Source of the DNA: Thermodesulfobacteriota bacterium
Lineage (GTDB): Bacteria > Desulfobacterota_D > UBA1144 > Nemesobacterales > UBA2774
DNA: 64,000 nt
Direction of reading: 5' to 3'
Assembly: GCA_965216785.1 (NCBI GenBank)
Contig: OZ244197.1
Span: 448,001 to 512,000, forward strand
In this document: piece by piece, positions 57,967-64,000 of the stretch
How the letters are laid out: the number at the start of each line of letters is the position of its first letter
Position numbering within the stretch: position 1 is the stretch's first letter
Position numbers and translations under genes: made by a program
The notes under the pieces: model-generated
Databases searched by the model: none
Seen by the model: only the letters and a program-made list of their open reading frames with translations
What the model was told of the DNA's origin: nothing

Positions 57967-60900
57967 ACCTTAAGGCGTTTTTCCCTAGCAGCTCTTCAAC
58001 GTCAGAAATGAACGCATCGTCGATGCATACCCTAAAGTCCTCCACCTCAACTACGGCTACACCGCCCTCGGTACTCAGGTGAATGTGGATTTGAGATTCA
58101 CCCGGATAGCTGCTTATAATTTCCCTTGCTTTTAGCATGGTTTCTTTCGTTGTGCCTTCCTTTGGGAAATTTATATGCACTGTGGTGCCGTTCCTCAAAT
58201 CGCTTAGAGACTTTATATCCGTTGCTCTTAATTTAACCCTGTCCTCCCCGGGCTCGGTCATTCCCTTGATGATTACGGGGTCCACCTTCTCTTCAAGTAT
58301 AGGCAGCGTCTTTCTCAAAAGATCATTGAAAATAACCACCTCAACGGAGCCTTTAAGGTCCTCGAGAACAAGGTTTCCGAATATGCCGGAGCCGCTCTTT
58401 GTGTGCCGTACGTTCAGCGAGCGTACAACTCCGGCGACAGACACTTCCCGCTTTGTTTTTATGTCGGCAAGCGCTTCCGTATCGGTATTCTTTACGCTCT
58501 TACTGAGCTCATGCTCGTATTTAGCCATCGGGTGGCTGGTAACGTAAAACCCCAGCACATCCATCTCGTTTGAGAGAAGTTCCTTCTCTTCCCATGCAGA
58601 AATATCGGATAGGGTTGGCAGTGAAACCGAATCGTTCATTGAAAATAAAGAGTGCTGTCCTTCTACAGAGCTCTTTTGCTTTAGAGAAGTGTAGCTAAGA
58701 AGCGTCTCGACAGACTCCATCAAGCACGCACGGTGTGCGCCCAGGGAGTCAAAAGCTCCGCTTTTCACCAAGCTCTCGAATGTTCTCCTGTTTAATTTTC
58801 TCGCTTCGACTAAATCACAAAAACTGAAGATCGTCTCAAACTTCCCGCATTCTTCCCTGGCCTTTATAATGGCCTCCACTGTACCCTCACCCACGTTTTT
58901 AATAGCAGCCAGACCGAAGCGGATATTCCCGTCTGCTGCCGTAAACTCATCCATGCTCTCGTTAACATCTGGCGCTAGGACCTGAATATTCATATCTTTA
59001 CATTCTGAAATGCTTGATATGACTTTGTCAGTGTTGCTAGAATCAACCGACATGAGGGCTGCCATAAACTCCGCCGGGTAATGGGTCTTGAGATAGGCGG
59101 TTTGGTATGTGATTAGAGCGTAGGCCGTGCTGTGGCTCTTGTTAAATGAGTACTCAGCAAACTTCTCCATGGCATCGAATATTTCTTTTGCCTTCTTATC
59201 TTTAATACCCTTTTTCTTGGCGCCGTCGAGAAACCTTTTTCTCTGGGCTTTCATCTCAGCAGGTTTCTTTTTACCCATAGCGCGCCGCAGTAGATCGGCC
59301 TCACCCAGGCTGTAATCTGCAACCGCGCTCGCGGTCTGCATTATCTGCTCTTGGTATACGAATAGTCCGTATGTGTCTTTTAGTATCTCCTGAAGCTCGG
59401 GGAGGGGGTACTCCACCTCCGCGTTCCCGTGCTTACGCTTTATAAAATCATCTACCATTCCGCTATCCAGCGGGCCCGGACGGTATAGAGCTAACAGGGC
59501 AATAATATCCTCAAAAGCCGTTGGGTTGAGCCCCTGGAGGACTTCCTTCATTCCCGTAGACTCAATCTGGAATATACCCCTCGTAAGTCCGCTTGAAAGG
59601 AGCTTATAAACCTCGGGATCATCGAGTGGAATTTTACGGATATCAAAACCTGCGCCTCCGTTCTCCGCGTGATTCTCCTTTATCTGCTTAATCGCTTTAT
59701 CTATTAGAGTGAGAGTTTTTAGGCCCAGGAAATCGAACTTTACGAACCCGAGCTCCTCGATCGAGTTCATGTCGTACTGGGTTACGATCTCATCTTTTGA
59801 GCCCCGGTAAAGCGGAATATGATCGGCAAGCGGCTCGTTCGCGATTACTATCCCCGCTGCATGGGTCGAGGAATGACGGACCATGTTCTCAAGCCTCTTC
59901 GCAAGCTCGATCATCTCTGACAGCGCTTCTGATTCGTCAACCAGCTTCTTAAGCTCTTTTACGCTGTCTATCGCCTTTTCTATGCTGAACACCTTGCCCC
60001 TGAACGAGGGGATAAGCTTTGAAACCCTGTCAACGTCCGCGTATGGGATACCAAGCACCCTGCCCACGTCTTTAACAACTGCCTTTGCGGACATTGTCCC
60101 GAACGTGCCTATCTGCGCCACTTTGTCCGCACCGTATTTCTCTGTTACGTAGCGTATGACCTCGTCCCGGCCCTCGCCACAAAAGTCTATATCTATGTCA
60201 GGCATGCTGACTCGCTCGGGGTTTAGAAAACGCTCGAATATAAGATCATAGGGGATCGGGTCAACGTCTGTTATACCGAGAACATACGCTACAAGACTCC
60301 CCGCCGCGCTCCCCCTGCCGGGGCCTACCGGTATGCCTTTTGATTTTGCGTAGTTAATAAAATCCGCAACAACAAGGAAGTATCCCGAAAAACCCATCTT
60401 CTGAATTATTTCAATCTCGGTGTCGAGCCTTTCTTTATATTCCCCGTGTTTTTCTTCGGGGATATTATCTTCCACGAGCTTCTCGCCTAGCTTTTCCGCA
60501 GCGAGCTTCGCCATATGCTCATCGAGTGATATGCCTTCCTCGACTTTATACTCGGGGAACTTGTAACCGTCCACTTCAAAATCAAAGTTACACCTCTTTG
60601 CCACTTCTCCGGTTCTATGTATCGCGTCTTCGAAACCCTCCAGGTCCCCAAGCATCTCGCCCTCTGATTTCAGGTAGTACTGATCGCCCTGAAACTTAAA
60701 GCGGTTCTCGTCCTGAAGCGATGAGCCTGTCTGTATGCATAGCAGCGCGTCGTGGGGTCTCGTGTCTTCGCGTTTTAAGAAATGGCAGTCGTTCGTGGCC
60801 ACAATAGGAATGCCGAGTTTATCACTCACCTCTTTTACCTTCTTATTCACCCTCTTCTGCTCGGGAAGACCCGTGGCTTGTACTTCAAGGTAGTAACGGT

Positions 60901-61399
60901 CGCCGAAAATCTCCCTGTACCTTGCGGCTACTCCCAAGGCGGCCTTCATGTCCTTATCGAATATCGCCTTAGAGAGCTCACTGTTAAGACATCCGCTAAG
61001 CACGATAAGGCCTTCGTTATGTTTATCAAGTAGCTCGTGATCCACCCGGGGCCTTCGGTAAAATCCGTCAAAATACGCCTTGGTCACAAGCCTGGAGAGG
61101 TTTTGATAACCCGTCTTATCCATGGACAGGACTGTTAAATGGTGGGTTTTGCCTTCAGCCGGGTTATCTGGGTTTATCTTGGGCGTAATATACATCTCGC
61201 AGCCGATAATAGGCTTCACTCCCGACTCTTTGGCTTTCTTATAAAAATCGTAAGCACCGAAAAGATTCCCGTGGTCTGTAAGCGCGACGGCCTGCATCCC
61301 GAACTCCTTGGCCTGCGGGAAAAGCTCCTCGAACTTAATCGCGCCGTCTAAGAGCGAGTACTGCGAATGTAGATGTAGGTGGACAAAACCGTTGGACAT
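57959..61399 (-). CDS. dnaE: DNA polymerase III alpha subunit
   Basis: HLHLHSQYSLLDG, GPGRGSAAGS, PDIDIDF, KFDFLGL, FNKSHS and a C-terminal OB fold. No intein-sized insertion. Confidence 0.98.
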   Translation of the reverse strand: MSNGFVHLHLHSQYSLLDGAIKFEELFPQAKEFGMQAVALTDHGNLFGAYDFYKKAKESGVKPIIGCEMYITPKINPDNPAEGKTHHLTVLSMDKTGYQNLSRLVTKAYFDGFYRRPRVDHELLDKHNEGLIVLSGCLNSELSKAIFDKDMKAALGVAARYREIFGDRYYLEVQATGLPEQKRVNKKVKEVSDKLGIPIVATNDCHFLKREDTRPHDALLCIQTGSSLQDENRFKFQGDQYYLKSEGEMLGDLEGFEDAIHRTGEVAKRCNFDFEVDGYKFPEYKVEEGISLDEHMAKLAAEKLGEKLVEDNIPEEKHGEYKERLDTEIEIIQKMGFSGYFLVVADFINYAKSKGIPVGPGRGSAAGSLVAYVLGITDVDPIPYDLIFERFLNPERVSMPDIDIDFCGEGRDEVIRYVTEKYGADKVAQIGTFGTMSAKAVVKDVGRVLGIPYADVDRVSKLIPSFRGKVFSIEKAIDSVKELKKLVDESEALSEMIELAKRLENMVRHSSTHAAGIVIANEPLADHIPLYRGSKDEIVTQYDMNSIEELGFVKFDFLGLKTLTLIDKAIKQIKENHAENGGAGFDIRKIPLDDPEVYKLLSSGLTRGIFQIESTGMKEVLQGLNPTAFEDIIALLALYRPGPLDSGMVDDFIKRKHGNAEVEYPLPELQEILKDTYGLFVYQEQIMQTASAVADYSLGEADLLRRAMGKKKPAEMKAQRKRFLDGAKKKGIKDKKAKEIFDAMEKFAEYSFNKSHSTAYALITYQTAYLKTHYPAEFMAALMSVDSSNTDKVISSISECKDMNIQVLAPDVNESMDEFTAADGNIRFGLAAIKNVGEGTVEAIIKAREECGKFETIFSFCDLVEARKLNRRTFESLVKSGAFDSLGAHRACLMESVETLLSYTSLKQKSSVEGQHSLFSMNDSVSLPTLSDISAWEEKELLSNEMDVLGFYVTSHPMAKYEHELSKSVKNTDTEALADIKTKREVSVAGVVRSLNVRHTKSGSGIFGNLVLEDLKGSVEVVIFNDLLRKTLPILEEKVDPVIIKGMTEPGEDRVKLRATDIKSLSDLRNGTTVHINFPKEGTTKETMLKAREIISSYPGESQIHIHLSTEGGVAVVEVEDFRVCIDDAFISDVEELLGKNALRFN

Positions 61400-61635
61400 T
61401 AAGACTAGTATATCCAAGAAGATTCGGAGAGTTCAAGGGTAGAAAAAACATAATATGTTTCCCGTAACTTAGAGCTGCTAATATTGGCTTATTAATTCTC
61501 CTGGTTGAAAACACCCCGCCAAAAAGTATATTAACTTTCTTAACAAAGTTTTCGTTTGCACTGAGAGCAACAAAGTATTAGACGTATTTAGTATTCAATA
61601 AATCTGAAACAGAATGCGATTTAAATAAAATAGAC

Positions 61636-61644
61636 TGTTATAAT
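61636..61644 (+). promoter_or_regulatory. Extended -10 promoter of ftsY
   Basis: TG-T-TATAAT about 33 bp upstream of the ATG, followed by an AGGAGG RBS. Confidence 0.6.
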
Positions 61645-61676
61645 CTCTCTCACATAGAGAGGAGGACCGTATAATC

Positions 61677-63029
61677 ATGGATTCAATATTTTCACTGCTT
61701 AATACTATCCCGAGCCCGTTCTCGGATTTCGTAGCCGTAATAGCGATTTTCATCGTAATCGCCGTAATTTCATTTGTAATATCCTTCTTTTTTGAGCAAA
61801 AGCCCGTAGAAGAGCCGGAGGAGGCTGAAATAGCCGAGCTGCCTGAAGAAGCTGCCGAAGCGGCACCGGCTGAGCCCGCCCCAGAGACCGGGGAAGGTCT
61901 TGAAGAAAAGGTTTTAGAGACAATTGAGGAAGCTCTGCCCTCTGAACCCGGGCCGGAAGCGGCTATTCCCCCCGAGCCTGTGTCAGCACAGGAGATAATA
62001 GATGAAGTACCGCACGCGCCTGAAGCGGAGATTGTCGAAGCGCCGCCGGAAGAAATAGAAGAAGAGATAGAGGAATTTGAAGAAGAGGACGTGAGCCCGG
62101 AGGGGCTGTTCGCGAGACTCCGCTCGGGTCTATCTAAAACTCACACAGGCATCTTCGGAAGACTCGGCGGGATGTTATCAAAAAAAGAGATTGATACGGA
62201 TACCTGGGACGACTTTGAAGAAACTCTCATCATGTCAGACCTCGGTGTCCCAACCACTATGAAGCTTCGTGAGAGACTGGAGTCAAAACTCGCGAAGAAG
62301 TCCCTTGAAGACGAGGAAACAATAGAGCAGGCTCTTAAAGAGGAAATACTGGAAATACTAAAAGGCGCTCAGGGGGCGCCTATAAAAGCAGACCGCGAGC
62401 CGTTCGTTATTATGGTCGCGGGAGTAAACGGCGTCGGAAAGACTACTACAATTGGTAAATTGGCTCACAAGCTTAAGCAGGAGAGCAATAACGTCATGGT
62501 AGCCGCGGGCGACACATTCAGAGCAGCCGCCATGGAACAGCTGGAAGTCTGGTCAAAGAGAGTGGGCACCGAGTTTCTTGGGGGCGAGAGCGGCAGAGAC
62601 CCGTCTTCTGTAGCATTTGACGCCGTAAAAGCGGCCATTTCAAAAAAAATAGGCATACTAATCATAGACACAGCAGGAAGACTGCATACGAAAGAAAACT
62701 TGATGGAAGAGCTTAAGAAAATGAAAAGAGTGGTAGGACGTGAGCTCGAAGGAGCCCCGCACGAGACTCTTTTAGTGCTGGACGCGACTACGGGCCAGAA
62801 CGCTATTCAGCAAGCTAAGTTGTTTAACGAGGCGCTCGATATCACGGGTATTGTCCTTACTAAGCTCGACGGCACGGCCAAAGGCGGAGTGATAATCGCG
62901 ATCGCAGACGAGCTGAATATTCCCGTTAAGTATATCGGCATAGGCGAGAGTCTTAGCGATCTAAGAGAATTTAATGCCGAGGAATTTGTAGAGGCGCTCT
63001 TTTACTCGGGAAACGAAGCTGTGCATTAA
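61677..63029 (+). CDS. ftsY: SRP receptor FtsY with N-terminal TM helix and acidic linker
   Basis: GVNGVGKTTT, DTFRAAA, DTAGR, DATTGQN and TKLDGTAKGG. Confidence 0.96.
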   Translation: MDSIFSLLNTIPSPFSDFVAVIAIFIVIAVISFVISFFFEQKPVEEPEEAEIAELPEEAAEAAPAEPAPETGEGLEEKVLETIEEALPSEPGPEAAIPPEPVSAQEIIDEVPHAPEAEIVEAPPEEIEEEIEEFEEEDVSPEGLFARLRSGLSKTHTGIFGRLGGMLSKKEIDTDTWDDFEETLIMSDLGVPTTMKLRERLESKLAKKSLEDEETIEQALKEEILEILKGAQGAPIKADREPFVIMVAGVNGVGKTTTIGKLAHKLKQESNNVMVAAGDTFRAAAMEQLEVWSKRVGTEFLGGESGRDPSSVAFDAVKAAISKKIGILIIDTAGRLHTKENLMEELKKMKRVVGRELEGAPHETLLVLDATTGQNAIQQAKLFNEALDITGIVLTKLDGTAKGGVIIAIADELNIPVKYIGIGESLSDLREFNAEEFVEALFYSGNEAVH

Positions 63030-63077
63030 CGCCATTATATCGCTCACATACTCTTTGAATTGAAGTTATACAGTTGA

Positions 63078-64000
63078 ATGCCTATAGATAAAGATAAAAA
63101 ATATATGTCAGCTGCCCTTAAGCTTGCTCTTAAAGCACAAGGGATGACTAGTCCAAATCCACTTGTAGGGGCCGTACTCGTAAAAAACGGTAAGGTCATC
63201 GGTAAGGGGTATCACAAAAGAGCCGGGCTCCCGCACGCTGAGATAGAAGCATTTGAAGACGCTAGAAAAAAGAGAAACAAGATAGCCGGCTCCACTCTGT
63301 ATGTTACTCTCGAGCCCTGCTGCCACACCGGAAAAAGAACTCCCCCCTGCGTAGGCTCCATCATACAGGAGAAGGTATCAAAAGTAGTAGTCTCATCCCT
63401 TGATCCGAACCCCAAAGTGAGCGGTAAGGGCGTATCAAAACTCAGGAAAAACGGTATCGAGGTTCTAACGGGTGTACTCGACGAAAAATCCCGGGAGATG
63501 AACGAAGCATATATAAAGTACATTACAACCGGGCTGCCGTTTGTTGTACTTAAGCTTGCGGCTACGCTCGACGGGAAGATCGCCGCGGTCTCGGGAGATT
63601 CCAAGTGGATAGGGAGCGAGACACAGAGGAAGTACGCTCATATCCTCAGGAGCCGGGCAGACGCCGTAATGGCTGGTATAGAAACCGTGCTGACAGATAA
63701 CCCAAGCCTGAACGTGAGGCTCACAGGCACTCACAAAGACCCTGTGCCTGTCATTCTCGACACAAAGCTCAGGACGCCTCTGTCCTCAAACCTGCTGCGC
63801 CTTCACGATGAGCCCGTTATCGTTACAACGCGCCCCGTGGATAAGGCTAAGCGTGAGAAGCTCAAGAGTCTGGGCGCAAACGTAATCACTGTGAAAAAGG
63901 ACAAAAACGGCCGGATTGATATGAGGGAGCTGCTGCGCTGCCTGGGAGAGCTTCAGTTTACAAGCCTTTTAATCGAGGGAGGAAGCTCGGTCGCGGGACA
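63078..64000 (+). CDS. ribD: Riboflavin biosynthesis deaminase/reductase RibD, runs off the window
   Basis: Not in the ORF track. Manual translation gives MPIDKDKKYM...TSPNPLVGAV...PHAE...VTLEPCCH...TPPC...ATLDGKIA...IEGG. Confidence 0.95.
   Translation, partial: MPIDKDKKYMSAALKLALKAQGMTSPNPLVGAVLVKNGKVIGKGYHKRAGLPHAEIEAFEDARKKRNKIAGSTLYVTLEPCCHTGKRTPPCVGSIIQEKVSKVVVSSLDPNPKVSGKGVSKLRKNGIEVLTGVLDEKSREMNEAYIKYITTGLPFVVLKLAATLDGKIAAVSGDSKWIGSETQRKYAHILRSRADAVMAGIETVLTDNPSLNVRLTGTHKDPVPVILDTKLRTPLSSNLLRLHDEPVIVTTRPVDKAKREKLKSLGANVITVKKDKNGRIDMRELLRCLGELQFTSLLIEGGSSVAG

Noticed and set aside
61500-61620. Possible ncRNA (e.g. SRP RNA) in the dnaE-ftsY intergenic region
   Set aside because: AT-rich with only a weak hairpin and no SRP domain IV motif; adequately explained as divergent promoters.

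Overview
A gene-dense, mostly housekeeping bacterial chromosome segment. Gene content and sequence style suggest a deltaproteobacteria-like lineage, possibly Ca. Dadabacteria, but this is inference only. It contains arfB (partial), amtB, thiC, tsaD, ispH, a complete pentose-phosphate supercluster (ppgK, tkt, tal-pgi fusion, HAD, rpiA, rpe, gnd, zwf, pgl), a folM-like/folB/folK cluster, tRNA-Val-thrS-infC-rpmI-rplT, tRNA-Gln, pcrA, selO, dnaE, ftsY and ribD (partial), plus transporters and hypothetical proteins. I saw no transposase, integrase, prophage or CRISPR array. The most notable observations are: (1) an orphan consensus sigma54 promoter followed about 95 nt later by a strong terminator with no ORF between, a candidate unannotated sRNA (41.3 kb); (2) a standalone protein resembling the eukaryotic cap hypermethylase Tgs1, co-oriented with a GH113 gene and a Ub-Mut7-C RNase gene (34-37 kb); (3) a Cys-rich MarR plus alternative sigma70 module with a shared CCTAA-N3-TTAGG operator array, whose core also occurs upstream of the PPP cluster and amtB; (4) an SMR exporter broken by a 4-bp TTAA duplication; (5) two complementary asymmetric ABC half-transporters about 34 kb apart. 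All homology calls come from motif recognition by eye; no database searches were run.
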